The notes: generated from the sequence alone by a model not told the origin. DNA of 64,000 bases from Eledone cirrhosa (GCA_964016885.1 OZ024744.1:42346001-42410000); one strand, 5' to 3'; counted from the first letter of the stretch, positions 49,239 to 63,130 are shown. A program made the numbers and translations.

Positions 49239-49520
49239 TATCATCATCATCACCATCATCATCACCGTTTTACGTCCGTTCTTCCATGGGTTAGACGGGC
49301 TGTCCTGTTGTGGGCAGTGTCCGGCCGGCTGACCTTGTCTTGCTCATACGGGAACTGATTCTGGCTTGATTTCTACAGCTAGATGCCCTTCCTAACACCA
49401 ACCTCATTTACAGTGAGTGCTGGGTGCTTTTTTCCCGTGGCGCCTACACATCCACTTTACAGTGTGGGCTGGGTGTTGTTTTTGCCGTGGCACTTCCTCG
49501 CCCACTTTGCAGTGGGAGGG
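49239..49520 (-). mobile_element. SINE-like family 2
   Basis: (CAT)n caccgttttacgtccg..gatgcccttcctaacaccaacc. Confidence 0.75.
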
Positions 49521-49848
49521 TAAGTAAATCATTGGTTATTATGGCAATAGATAAAGTCTATTGAGCTTACTTATTGAAAAACACAAAATTCTAAACATAT
49601 CTGTTATGTTTTGATTCATCATTTGTATTTAACGGCTCCAAATCTCTTAACTTGTTGAGCTCGGTTGTTATAATCCCTGCTCCTATTTCTAGCTGTATTA
49701 TCGTCCACCTTGTGGATACCTAGGTTTAACGTTATTTCACCACGTGCTTCTCAGCATGGTGGTTGCTTTGAACTTAGCTGTGGATATTCCCAGGTATATT
49801 GATTTATTTACCATATTCATTCTATATTTCCCTTAGAATGGTGAGACT

Positions 49849-50009
49849 AAACCACTGAAGAATACCTGTCTCATGTGGTTTAATCATAATCGATAGTTTG
49901 TCTTAGATGATCAAATATATTGATTGATTTTTTTCCTTTCTTTCAATGATCGATTACATGGATCGATTTTAGCCATACGCTCCTGGTATGAAATAGCGCT
50001 GTAATGTTT
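49849..50009 (+). ncRNA. Hammerhead-like motif with about 120-nt insertion in stem II
   Basis: CUGAAGA-AUACC...GGUAU-GAAA-UAGCGCUG-UA; stem I only partly paired. Confidence 0.45.
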
Positions 50010-50063
50010 CACTTATGATTCTACCTGTGTACATAATCTTCTATTGAATATGTATTTGGTATA

Positions 50064-53000
50064 TCTCTATATATATAAAACGGTAGATGTCTGTTTGTGT
50101 GTGTATGATTTTTATGCATTGCCACATTTCTCTACCGATTTTGATGATTTTTTTCCAATGTGCTCCAAATTTACCAGGGCAGGTCAACGCGTAATTATTT
50201 TTACCAACAATTTCCTGCTTCTATGAAAAAAAATCGATAAAACTAAATACATGCTGTAACCTTCTCTCTTACCGCTTCATTCCTATCACTACTACCATCA
50301 AAAATATATGAAATTACATATATGTTGCAACTCTGTTTAAAAGGTTCATCCTTTCCTCTACTCCACTCTCAATCTCCTCTGCAACTCTCTTTAAAAGGTT
50401 AATGGCTCCGTCTACTACTCTATCACCATTACAATTTAGCACAACGACAAAACTTCTTTTGAAGGAACGCGACACACACTTTGAAACCTAACACAACAAC
50501 CATAGCTTTACTCTCTCCGTCGCTCTTCCCTCTCTCTACAATAGATTATTCCCCCTCTCTATAATTTAACTGCTTTACTCTATTCATGCTTCGAGGTTTA
50601 ACACTAGCTTCACTCTATCCGTCGCTCTTTTCTCTCTATATAATAGATCATTCCCCCTATTCATTCGGGAACGCGAAAAGAACTTTGATAACTAAGCAAC
50701 GCATCGTTTTATACAACAACAAACAGTCATAACGACACTCATACATCAAATATCAAAATTTAAAAAGCCGATAACACTAAATACATACTGCTCTCTCAAC
50801 GTTATATTTTACACACTTACATTTTACACTCCCTATATGACAACACTGCAGTGGAGCGTTCCGTATTGACACACGGCTTATCTGGGGCATTTTCAATCGG
50901 CTTATTGCAAATAACAACGCGCAAAATAACACTTCATATAACAGATTAATACTATAGACATATGAATCGGAATGTAACCCGTGAACTTTTTCCTGGGCAA
51001 AATTATTCGAACAGACACGACCTCATTACCAGAGTGTTCACACTAAAACTGGCTAAACTCATGGTTTAATGTGACATGTAAAATGTGTCATGTTCACCGT
51101 CGAATGGCAAAAATGAGGGCTGCCACATGCTCACTTTTGATTTGGTTAGCTGATAAAATCAATTCAAATGCCATAGACAGCTTCATCTCGGCTGAAATCC
51201 CTAACCCAGCAACTGACCAGGAATTACATGACATCGTCAAAGGTAACATGATTCATGGTCTGTGTGCGTCGAGTCCTAATGAGCATCACACATGTCTCAA
51301 GGGAGGGGGGTCGTGTAGTAAGGTATACCCCCAAAAATTTGTTGACCAAACTCAGACTAGTGGCGACGGGTAACCCCTGTACAGGCGGAGACGGCCCGAG
51401 AACGGTGGCTTCACCACAACAGTAAAGGGAGGTCAAGACGACAATAGATGGGTGGTCCCTTACTGCCCGCTTCTCTTGAAGATGTTCAACGCCCACATCA
51501 ACGTTGAGTTTTGCAACTCCGTCAAGTCGATAAAATACATATGCAAATATGTAAATAAGGACTCTGATGCCGCAATGTTCGCATTTCAAACTGAAAATAG
51601 CAGGGACGAGGTCACAGAATACCTGGCGGGGCGGTACATCAGTAGCAACGAAGCTTTTTGGCGCCTATTTGGTTTACCCCTACACCAACGTCACCCCGCC
51701 ATCGTACAGCTTGCGATACATTTGGAAAATGAGCAAAGGGTTTACTTTACGGACCAAACCGACGCCAAGTTGGCCGCCGATCCGAAAGAGACCATTCTGA
51801 CGGGTTTCTTCAAACTTTGCCAGTTCGATACATTTGCGCAAACAATTGTGTACTCCCAGGTTCCATCCTACTTTATATGGTCGAAAAACACTTGGGTGCG
51901 AAGAAAGTCAGGTCAGCCTGCTGAAAGACATCCTGGTGTAAAATTTGACAGCTGTCTTGGAAGGGTTTACACTGTGCCCCCAAGTCAGCATGAGTGCTTT
52001 CATCTCCGCCTTCTTCTGCATGAAGTTGTAGGCCCACAAAGTTTTCAGGTCATCAAAACTGTTGATGGAGAAATATGTGATATGTACCGGGAATCCTGCT
52101 TTAAGCGTGGTCTTTTGGAAGATGATTCGCAATGGGATTCCACTTTAGCAAAGGGTGCTTTGTTGAAATCACCTAAAGGTCTACGGGAACTCTTTGCTAT
52201 TTTGCTTCAAAAGTGTGAATTGGGTGATCCCAAATCTTTATGGGTCAAGTACAGAGACTTTCATGTCTGAGGACTTCCTGCGCCTGGCTCATCTGCAGTA
52301 TACTTCAGTGGAAGTTAGTTACAGCGACATTATCTACAACAGAGCACTCATTGATATCGAGGACGCCCTCCTCGACATGGGTGGGAGTGACTTGGCGACG
52401 TATGGCTTGCCGTCAACCGTCAGAGAGGAAGCTAACACGTTGGCCCCTATTTCTTGCGGGAAACAGCATATGACATCGAATCTATTTCCCAATACTTAAA
52501 GGAAAATGAGCCCAAACTTCTGTCAGACCAAAGGTTGGCTTATTTAACTATCATTGACGAGGTTCAAAATCAGACTGGGAGTATTTACTTTCTCGATGCT
52601 CCTGGGGGTACCGGAAAAACTTATGTGACGAAATTGATTCTCGCTAAGATTCTTCAGGAGGAAAACATTGCGTTGGCCGTTGCATCGTCCAGGATCGCTG
52701 CTACTTTGCTGCCGGGCGGCAGGACAGCACATTCAACCTTTAAACTCCCCTTGGAATTAGTAAAAACTGAGACACCAACATGCAATATCAGCAAGAGTTC
52801 ACGCGAAGTTCTGGTTCTCAAAAAGTGTTGCCTCATTGTTTGGGATGAGTACACAATGGCACACAAGGGTGCCCTTGAGGCATTGGACAGGACCCTGAAA
52901 TACATTAGGGATTCTTCGGCTCCTATGGGTGGCGTAACCCTTCTGCTATCAGGGGATTTTCGGCAAACGCTGCCTGTCATCCCCAAAGGGACAAGAGCTG

Positions 53001-54196
53001 ATGAAGTGCGTGCCTGTCTTAAGTCGTCCATGTTGTGGCTCGAGGTGAAGAGTTTGTACCTGAGCACAAATATGCGTGCTCATTTGCATGGTGACAACAT
53101 GTCTGCAGCATTTGCTCAGAATATTTTAGCACTTGGTGAGGGCAAGGTCCCTGCGGATGACAAGGGCGGCATAGCAATTGACTCCCTGTGCAACATTGTG
53201 AGCAGCCCTTCTCACCTTTGGGAAGCAGTTTTTCCTAATGTCTCATCTAACTTTAAAAACCTCGATCGGCTCAGCGAAAGAGCCATCCTTGCTCCGAAAA
53301 ATACCATGGTTAATTTTATTAACGAGCAGCTGATTTAGAAAATACCCGGTAAAGAACACATCTTCAAATCTATCGACCAGACGTCAGACCCCGACGATAT
53401 CGTTAATTATCCGGTTGAGTTATTAAATTCCCTTGAGCCCCCAGGGCTCCCACCTCACATTCTTAAGCTTAGGGTTGGCTGTCCCATTATGCTAATAAGG
53501 AACTTGCGTCCACCAAAGCAGTGCAACGGTACTCGCATGCTCGTCAAGTCACTGATGCCCCACTTGATTGAGGCCACCATTGTAACGGGGTGCGGGAGAG
53601 GGGAGAATGTTTTCATTCCACGGATGAACCTTTTCCCCTCGGCGCAGATATCCCGTTCGATTAACGGCGATCCCAATTTCCGGTGAGACCATGTTTTTCC
53701 ATGTCCATTAACAAGACACAAGGGCAAACATTGTCGGTCGCGGGCATCGATTTGGGGGAGCTATGCTTCTCTCATGGCCAACTTTATGTTGCCTGTTCCC
53801 GCGTAGGGAGCAGGAATGGACTTTTTGCTTACACTACTCAAGGGATGACACGCAATATCGTCTACAAAGAGGTGCTATAGATGTTGGTGCAGGTGTTGGA
53901 GGTGTCGGAGCTATGCCGTCTGGAAAACTGGTAGGGTCACCCATAGCTGACAGATCTGACACCCAGCGGCATCAGGGCCACCATCTTGCAACTTTGGTCT
54001 ACTAAATTCGCTATTGGAAGATTATTAACCGAGCATTGATTGTCCAAAATGCTAATTGGTTCGTAACTATTAATAACCGGTTTAACTGCTTTATGCACTT
54101 AATTGATAAGCTTATGCGCTTTCAAGCTACGTTTACCTGTCTGTAACTTTTCATAGCAAATGAACAAACCCGAGCAACGCCGGGCTAAACTGCTAG
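50064..54196 (+). mobile_element. Helitron (decayed autonomous type)
   Basis: A|TCTCTATATATATAAAA 5' end; 3' hairpin CCCGAGCAACGCCGGG (54169-54184) and CTAG|T; RepHel inside. Confidence 0.88.
50975..53880 (+). pseudogene. Helitron RepHel (HUH Rep + Pif1-like SF1 helicase), disrupted
   Basis: DRHDLITRVF, VEWQK.GLPHAH, YICKYVNK; DAPGGTGKT, WDE, GDFRQTLPV, SINKTQGQT, HGQLYVACSR. Confidence 0.92.
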
Positions 54197-54360
54197 TATA
54201 CAATATACCATGTTTCTCTTACGATATATGGCTCTTTTTCTATATATACATATATCTTTTAATTTGGTTATTATGGCTCTGGATAAAGTATATTGAGCTT
54301 ATTGAGAAACACAAAATTCTAAACATATCTGTTATGTTTTGATTCATCATTTGTATATAT

Positions 54361-54540
54361 CATCATTTCATCATCATCATTTCATTTTACGTCCGTTTTT
54401 TCCCTGCTTGCAAGGGTGGAACGGGAACTGATTCTGGCTTGATTTCTACAGCTGGATGCGCTTCCTAACACCAACCTCATTTACAGTGAGTGCTGGGTGC
54501 TTTTTTTCCGTGGCACCTCCACAACCACTTTGCAGTGGAA
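54361..54540 (-). mobile_element. SINE-like family 2 fragment
   Basis: (CAT)n..ttttacgtccg..ctggatgcgcttcctaacaccaacc. Confidence 0.65.
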
Positions 54541-54567
54541 TGATATGGGCCCCAGTCCCTGTCATCT

Positions 54568-54708
54568 CATTTCTACAGCTGAGTAAACTGGAGCAATGTG
54601 AAATAAAGTTTCTTGCTCAAGGAAACAACACATCACTCGGTATGAGAATTGAACTCACAACCTTTCGATTGCAAGGCCAATGCTCTAACCACTAAGCTAT
54701 GTGCCTCC
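54568..54708 (-). mobile_element. tRNA-headed CORE-like SINE fragment
   Basis: Minus strand TAGCTTAGTGGTTAGAGC (A box), GAGTTCAATTC (B box), then CCTTGAGCAAGAAACTT..ACTCAGCTGTAGAAATG. Confidence 0.6.
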
Positions 54709-54789
54709 ATATATTTATATATATTTACACACATACATATAAATTCATTTCTCCAAAATGGCTGACTAAATGCACACATTAATTTAGAC

Positions 54790-55640
54790 CTATGTACGTA
54801 CATACAGACCACTCCGCAAACTCAGTGAAAAGCGTAGGTACATTCATAAGAACTTGAACCACGCCCCTATAATTTTTTTTAATCTTATTTATAACATCAG
54901 TAAAAGGGTAACCAACCTCTCTTCTAGTAAAGTCATCTGTGACAGGGCAGCCTCCTACTACAACTCAGCCCTAAGCAACAGTGGTTTCTTCAAAAGAATT
55001 GTCACTTACTCTCCAGATCATTACCCTAGATCTAGCAAGAAAAACCTAGACAAAGCCATTGTGTGGTTTGCGCCACCATTCACACTCAATATGAATACTA
55101 ATGTAGGTAGAAAATTCCTAGCTCTCCTTTTCATTTCCCTGTAGGTCATAAATACCAACAAATATCCAACCACCATAGAGTGAAAATAGGCGATTCTTGT
55201 ACCAATAACCCAAAGTCCCACATCCCCAACAAACGCAAAAGCCTTCCACCTTACGGATTCTCATGCAGAAGGCCAGAAGCATGCCCCCTGGATCAACAGT
55301 GCAACACTCCAACGGTGATATATGAAGCAGAAGTGACCACCACCTTCAAGAACATCTAAACTGAAGCCTGGATTTATGTAGGAATGTCTGAGAGCAGGTT
55401 CAAAAGCTGTTTCCTCAATCATACCACTCAGATCACGAACCATGTATGGAACCTCAAAAATGGCGGCACAGCATTCTCCATTAAATAGGGGATATTGGAA
55501 AAATCCAGCCACTACGTCAACGGGATGAAATTTTAACTTGGAAAAGTGGAATATACTCTCGCAAATGACTTCAGAGAAATGCTGCTTAAATACCAACCTC
55601 GATTGCTTTAGTTGCTGTCCTCATTAAGCAAAATTCATCC
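54790..55640 (+). mobile_element. Penelope-like RT C-terminus/linker/GIY-YIG remnant
   Basis: ISKRVTNLSSSKVICDRAASYYNSALSNSGF; IVWFAPPFTLNMNTNVGRKFL; CPLDQQC..VIYEA..YVG. Confidence 0.7.
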
Positions 55641-55794
55641 CCAAAAATGGTTTAAAGCCGGGTTAACTGAATTTTAGTAGCTGTATATGTCATTGTTGTC
55701 CCCACGTGCACCTCATCCACGTAGACCTGAAAAATCGGCTCCCTTACACATGTCCCTAGATCTACTTCCCCAATACTCTCACACCTTCAGTGAT

Positions 55795-56052
55795 CAGTCC
55801 ACACTGTAATGTGGACGTAATGGCGACATATAAAAATACCCAGCTCACACTGTAAAGTGGTCATGTAGGTGTCATGACAAAAAGCACACAGTCCACACTG
55901 TTAATGTGGTTGGCAAGGAAGGACACCCAGCCATAGAAACCAAGCCAAAATCAGTTCTGTATGAGCAAGATATGGTCATCAGACCTGGCTTGTCTCACAA
56001 TGGGGCAACTCAACTAACTCATGCTAGTGTGTAAAAATGTACATTAAATGAT
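55795..56052 (+). mobile_element. SINE-like family 2, degenerate
   Basis: cacactgtaaagtgg..ggaaggacacccagccatagaaacc..catgctagtgtg..gatg. Confidence 0.6.
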
Positions 56053-56065
56053 GTATATATATATA

Positions 56066-57263
56066 TTGTATTAATCCCTCGAGTCTTATAATTAACCTGT
56101 TAATAATTTTATTGTCAGATTAATTGCATAAGTTTATTTAAAAAACTACCCGGTTGGGTGCTTATTCGATTTGTGCTATTTATGCATTTTTTTTTTTTTT
56201 TTGCATGATTTACACATACTGAATTCATTTGCCAAATCTGGGGTTTTCCCCCTTGTGAGTTACACATTGCTTTTACAAAGCTTTACGTCAGTCACAAAGT
56301 TGGTGCAGAGCAAAATAACTGTGGATAACGTGATATTCCTTGTTCGAACATTATGCCAAAAGCTTATAGTTTTAAGCAGACAGTATTATTGATTTAGGTG
56401 TCATAGAAACCCTGCATTTGGATTTTACCATCAATTCCAATGCGTCCAGGTCTGTTTTTATCATTTATTTTGTTTCACCTGTTTAGCTTGATTTGTTTTT
56501 TGGCTTAGGTGGTTTATGCCGTCTTGACCACTTTTTCAGTTTGTATGGCGTTTTAACATATTGTTTAGCTCCGTTCTTTTTTTAACTATTGAGCGCTTGC
56601 TAGCATAACTCTGATTTTGCGTTTCGTTTCGCTTTTTCTACCCGCCAAAATGCGATTCTCGCTGAATTTATATTTGTATTAATCTCCCGAGTCTTACAAT
56701 TAACCTGTTAATAATTCTATTGACAGCTTAATTGCATAAATTTATTTGAAAAACTACCCGGTTGAGTGCTTATTCGATTTGTGCTATTTATGCAATATTT
56801 TGCATGATTTACACATACTGGATTCATTTGCCAAAATCTGGGGTTTTTCTCCTTGTGAGTTACACATGTGCTTTTACAAAGCTCTACGTCATTCACAAAG
56901 TTGGTGCAGAACAAAATACCTGTTGATAACGTGATATTCCTTGTTCGATCATTATACCAAAAGCTTATAGTTTTAAGCTGACAGTATTATTGATTTAGGT
57001 GTCATAGAAACCCTGCATTTGGATTTTACCACCAATTCCAATGGGTCCAGGTCTGTTGTTATCATATATTTTGTTTCATCTGTTTAGCTTGATTTGTTTT
57101 TTGGCTTAGGTGGTTAATGCCTTCTTGACCACTTTTTCAGTTTGTATGGTGTTTTAACATATTGTTTAGCTCTGGTTTTTTAACTATTGGGCGCTTGCCA
57201 ACATAACTGTGATTTTGCGTTTCGTTTCGCTTTATCTACCCGCCGAAATGCGATTCTCGCTGA

Positions 57264-57270
<7 letters not shown>
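56066..57270. repeat. Tandem dimer of an about 605-bp unit between TA runs
   Basis: 56066-56673 and 56674-57270 align end to end with scattered substitutions. Confidence 0.9.
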
Positions 57271-57321
<51 letters not shown>

Positions 57322-57493
57322 AGGTGCATTATTGGTTGTGTAAAATGGTCCAATAACTTTATGTTAGCAATATTAAGTTCTCCACGCTTTTGTATATCTC
57401 CAATTTCATTCAAGGGAACAGCTAGATGATGTAAAACGGAGTATAAGTATCAAAATGAAAATCCGAAGGCAAGGTAAAATTCCAATCATTTAA

Positions 57494-57567
57494 TCACGAC
57501 ACATGTTTCAATAAGACATAGATCGATTGTGAAACCATGATCGATTATCACTGATCTCATCAGGTGA
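57494..57567 (-). ncRNA. Type I hammerhead ribozyme motif (left inverted repeat)
   Basis: Near-exact reverse complement of 58904-58977. Confidence 0.55.
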
Positions 57568-58903
57568 AAATGAATTGTCTTCAAATTCTTGATATGAGGG
57601 AGAAAAAATAACGATGTTCTCTCACAGAATTCATTCCCTCATATGGAGACACACCAGTCAGAAACACGGCGACTGCTATTAGCTTCAGTTGAGGTCATAA
57701 ATGTTTTCAGATTTCTATCGCTGCAAAAAACGCTGGACATCAATCAAATCTGTAGGGATACATTCAGTTACAGTTAAAGTGAGTGGGTTCACACACACTC
57801 CACACCCACATACATTGGCTCGAGGTCAAAGAAAAATATATACATATATATACACACATGAACACAATATTAAACCTGTAGAGTCAGCGTGGGTGGGTAC
57901 ACACACACTTTCACACACACCGAAGCGATGTCCGAGAAAAAACAAATATAAGAAAACAAATATAATAAAACAAATATATGAATATACCAACACAGCACTC
58001 ACCGAAAGTTAGTTCACAAAGCAACAGAAGCTATGTTGGTCAAATCTCAATTCGACGATGTAAATTGGAAATAACGGGTACTCTGTGTAGAGCTATGTCT
58101 AGAGAGCGTAATCGGTCCTAACTAAGTGTGTAATCAATCTAACTATTTACTAGCTAGGTATTCTAAAAGAGAGCACTCAGCTGTGAGAACTCCGTGGAAA
58201 CAGGTCGAGTATCGTTTGCAAGTACGCAAACAATCTTAGCTGTCTAACTACCTAAGTGTGTGACTGTCCGTTTATTTAGAGAACTCTATGGCTAAAGTAG
58301 AGAGGGAGGAGTTATTGATAGGTTACCTTCCAAAAATCCTGCGGAAGGTTTTCGAGGTTCTATATTGGCAGTTGCTGAAAAAATCTGCTCTCCTATTAAT
58401 TAATAGGGGGCCGCTTCTAATAATATTAAAAGTTTCAGCTATACATAAATTGCAGACGCCAGTGCTGCCGTTATAAGGTTGGGCTGAGCAAACTATGGAC
58501 CAGGATAAGGAGTGCTCTATATTCTGATGTTTAAGCTTCCAGACTAATTCCGAAAGTGCCGTGCTATTTTTTTAATCTAATCTATTAAAGGTATGGCGAT
58601 GATTATACCATCTATCCTTAAATTCCGTGGCAGTTGCCCCAACATACCTAAAGGTTCTATCAGGAGTGGAGACCTTACAGTCGTAAGCAAAATATGTAAC
58701 TGCAGAAGCACCGCCACCTGCCCCATGGCTGGGAAATACCTTACCAAAAACATAGTCTACGACTGTAAGGTCTCCACTCCTGATAGAACCTTTAGCAGTC
58801 GCCGTGTTTCTGACTGGTGTGTCTCCATATGAGGGAATGAATTCTGTGAGAGAACATCGTTATTTTTTCTCCCTCATATCAAGAATTTGAAGACAATTCA
58901 TTT

Positions 58904-58977
58904 TCACCTGATGAGATCAGTGATAATCGATCATGGCTTCACAATCGATCTATCTCTTATTGAAACATGTGTCGTGA
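58904..58977 (+). ncRNA. Type I hammerhead ribozyme motif with extended stem II
   Basis: UCAC-CUGAUGA-gau...auu-GAAA-CAUGUG-UC-GUGA; GUC cleavage triplet ends at 58973. Confidence 0.55.
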
Positions 58978-60249
58978 TTAAATGATTGGAATTTTACCTT
59001 GCCTTCGGATTTTAATTTTGATATATATATATATATACAAGAAGAAGGGATATTCAATTTGTTCGTAATTCAACAAATATAAATGTTTAAAACTGATTTA
59101 GAGCAGTCAACAAATATAAATGTTTAAAACTGATCTAGAGCACTCAACAGATTTCTGGAGTATAATATACAATGGTATTAAGTAAATGGCAACAATATTT
59201 AATATATATATATTTAATATAAATATTTAATATTTTAATTTCCTACATCATTTTAATTCTGATATTATTTTTGATTCCGACATTATTTTAATTCCGAGAT
59301 TCTTTTTGTAAAGAGACCCCTATAAATATATTTTAGATGTAGATTGATAATCTTTAAATTACGTTCTGAAAAGTTATCCTCTTTAAGATACTTCTGCGAA
59401 AAACACATTACATTTTTCCTCGCTCTTTTTGTTATCCAAACTTTTGTTATCACATCTTTCGACTAAAATAATGGATCTCACACAAAATAATATATAACTT
59501 TTTTCTCTAATTTCAATGGTTAACAAACAAAATTGGAGTTATTTTTCCTTTCTCAATAGTTACAAACATAAACATTCTTCTCAATCGTGCAAACATAACG
59601 ATCTTTTGTTTGATAATCTATATAGATTCGTTAAATTAACAATATTCTGTAAACATTCTCAATGTTGAACAACATTTTTGAATCCACAAATTACTCAATT
59701 CTCACAACTTGAACCACCTATTTTTTTTAAAGTAAAATACAAATTCAAAATCCTTCGTAACTCATAGTTGATATATAAACAATTAATACATACTCAATTT
59801 ATTAATATATATATAGATATTTATATACATATAACATTTCCTAATGTAATAAGATATAAATTCTTACAACCATAATTCTTCATATAATCTAATTGATTAA
59901 ATTAACGTAAATCCTAACTCTTCCTCTTTTCTCTTCTTTCCTACGCATACAATAACTTATCATATTTAAATTTTCCATAGCGTCTGAAATAACGTTTATT
60001 TTCAGCCCTTTTACATAAACCTCATTTGCATACTCATCTTAATAATTTGAAATATCTGACTTTTTTCTCTTCCCTTCACTTCCCAGGGTTAACTTGAACT
60101 GTTAATGTATATTATCCTTGGTTATGTCAAATATTTATAAAACATTTTGTATTTTATCTGATGATAGCGTAGCAAAATTTCGGTACCCTTGAAATATATA
60201 TAATAGAATAAATATGGTTTTATAAATATAGTTTCCATTTATTTAATAT

Positions 60250-62530
60250 CATTCGTCGCAGGTCGATGAACAAACAGAAGCACAATTTAGTATAGCTAGA
60301 TCTAAACTTAGAAATATTATAGAACAGTATAGCAAGAAGCAAAATAGAATGGAGTCCCAGCAACTGGGAGAAGAATCTTCAAATGGCTTGCGTAAGCTCA
60401 TGCAGCGCTCACGTAATGGAGAGATAGCATGCTTTCCAACAGACAAGTCTGAAAAAATGTCGGTTGACAGTCTGTCAAACTACATCCAGGCAATGCAACC
60501 CCACATCACTAACACAAGAGAAGTAACACCACAAGAGTATGAGGATAGGGAGAAAACCCTCAATGCCCATATGATGATGTGGACAAACATAATTCAGCCC
60601 AATAAAAGGACTGCCAACAAATTCCAGGCCTGGAAAAATAACGTGCCGCGTTGTATGGGCATCGAAAAGACCATAAGACGAACAGTGACCCTGTCACAGG
60701 ACCACCATCACGGCCAGTCTGTGGAGCTAACATTGCTAGTAACTACAGACTTTCCTACTTCCTCTACCTGATCATACGCCCCATGATTTAAATGTCCCCA
60801 GATGTATGTGACAGCACGGAGGAGCTCCTCAGCAGAATGAGCGAGAATAACCGATCTAGGGACCTAACAGACTGTATAATAGGTAGTATGGATGTTGTGT
60901 CCCTATACACATCCATTGACGTGGATTTTGCTGTGGAGAAATGCGTAGAAATGATCAGTTAGAGCAATGTTGAATTCCGTGGGAATCATACCAGTGAGCT
61001 GGGACTCCTACTTAAACTTACCTATAGCAATGATTATCTAGATACGTATGACCTTAGCAACCTGTGCCCTAAAAGACCAGCAAGAGGCAGACCACCTACC
61101 ATTACCTCAATGGCCAAGAAAACCCACACAGAAAGATGGAACGGGTGGACCAGAGCCATACGGACCCCCGAAAACCACGATGAACTAAAGAAAATGATTG
61201 CACATGCGGTGGGGGCCAGTATAACTAACCCTTAAGGAACATATATTCAAATTTAATGGAAAAACATATGCCCAAGAGGAGGGAGCAGCCATTGGTGTTA
61301 GCATTTCAGGTGACATAGCTAACCTATTCATGGTATGGTGGGACAATAGACTTAAACTTAAACTTAAAGAACAATTAGAAGTCAGCAACCTCTTAACCCT
61401 GATAATGTACTCCCGCTACGTTGATGATATAAACATCGTAGTTAAAACACCCCCACTAGAGAACAGTCAGGAATTAGAGAAAAACACCATGGAAAGCATC
61501 CAGCAAATAGCTAACTCGATCCACCAGAGTATTTGAGTTACTATAGACTACCAAAGCAAACACCCCAACCATCGATTACCAGTACTAGACACAGAGCTCT
61601 GGTTAGAAATCATTAATAACAAAAATCAAATCATCCATTCCCATTATGCCAAACCCATGACTTCCAAATATCTGATCCACCGAAACACAGCTGCTTCAGA
61701 TCACACCAAAATCAACATACTGATTGCGGATTTGGTATGGGTGTCCCGCATATGCAACCCCAAAGAACTAGAGAGACACATATAACACTTCATCCACCGC
61801 ATGCAGTTCTCCGGTTACAATCAGAGAGATAAAATCAGAGTATATAGAGGAGCCAGAACCAAATGGGAAAAAATGGTAAATAATGATACAAATGGGACCT
61901 GCCCCGTGTAATGGAGTAAATTTTGGAATAGAATAGAAAGAACTAGGAATAAAGTTAATAGAATAAACTCATGGTATGATAGCAATAAATACCAGAATGT
62001 AATGTTCATCAAGACAACCCCAAGAGGTGAAATAGCTTGGAAATTTAGAAGGGCCCTAGATAAACTTAAACTTAATATTAAGATAGTAGAAATACCAGTA
62101 CCTCCATAAAACACTTATTAGTAATACATACCCTTTTCAAAGACCTCACTGTATAGATAAGAAATGCATAAACTGTAAACTAAGCCTCCATATTGACTCT
62201 AAAACTAGAAATGTAGTATATAGCATAACATGTACTGAATGACAATGTAAAGGTAAGAATAAAGTGTACATAGGTGAGACAGCTCGTAGTATAGGAGAAC
62301 GGTTAAATGAACACTAATGAGAGCTTCAAGATAGAAAAGAATCATCAATACTCCACCAACATACTAAAGTAGAACATAAGGGCAAATTAGAGAACATTGA
62401 AATAAAAATAAAATCTACACACAGAAAAGACGCAATATTTAGACAAATCACAGAGGAAATAAACATAAATGAACTCCAACCAAAATTAAATAGAAAACAT
62501 GAATGGAATAGCAACATCACAACTTATTAA
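60250..62530 (+). mobile_element. Penelope-like element RT + GIY-YIG, degraded
   Basis: PTDKSEK, GSMDVVSLYTSI, FKFNGKTYAQEEGAAIG..IANLFM, SRYVDDI, LPVLD; NVVYSITC..VYIGETARSIGERLNEH. Confidence 0.85.
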
Positions 62531-62749
62531 GGACAAAATGAAAACACACACACACATAGAACAAACAACTAACCAATAACATGTAAATAAACAAATAAAT
62601 AAACAAATAAAAACACACACGGACACCCGGATGTAATACATGCACAAACTAAGCATGCAACACACACAATAATATAACAGATAAGTGAGATTGGAGGAAA
62701 CAAAAAAATGGGGGGGGGGGAGTAATAAATAAGAATATATAACAACACA

Positions 62750-62947
62750 CACGTACACACACACACTCACACACACACACACACATATGCACACATGTAT
62801 ACATATATATATATACATATATACACGCATATGTACGCATATATATACACAGAGACACATATACACACACATACATATATATATATATCCATACATAAAT
62901 ACACCAACACATTTATATATATATATATATACATATATATATACATG

Positions 62948-63011
<64 letters not shown>

Positions 63012-63130
63012 CACATACATACATATATATACATACACATACAGACATACATACACACACACATACATACACACATATATACACACATGCATACGTACTC
63101 ACATATAAAAGGATACATATGAACACACAC
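62750..63130. repeat. (CA)n/(TA)n compound microsatellite
   Basis: Direct inspection. Confidence 0.9.

Larger units (their letters stand above)
49527..54356 (+). mobile_element. About 600-bp pLTR-like unit with about 95-bp terminal direct repeats, split by the Helitron
   Basis: ttggttattatggc..acacaaaattctaaacatatctgttatgttttgattcatcatttgtat at about 49532-49628 and 54264-54356; hammerhead motif inside. Confidence 0.55.
57448..59023 (-). mobile_element. Penelope-like GIY-YIG 3' fragment with inverted 231-bp terminal repeats
   Basis: IRs 57448-57678 / 58793-59023. Minus strand from 58685: YDCKVSTPDRTFRYVGATATEFKDRWYNHRHTF..TALSELVWKLK..CNLCIAE. Plus strand 58686-58795: ICNC..CPMAGK..NIVY. 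Confidence 0.85.
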
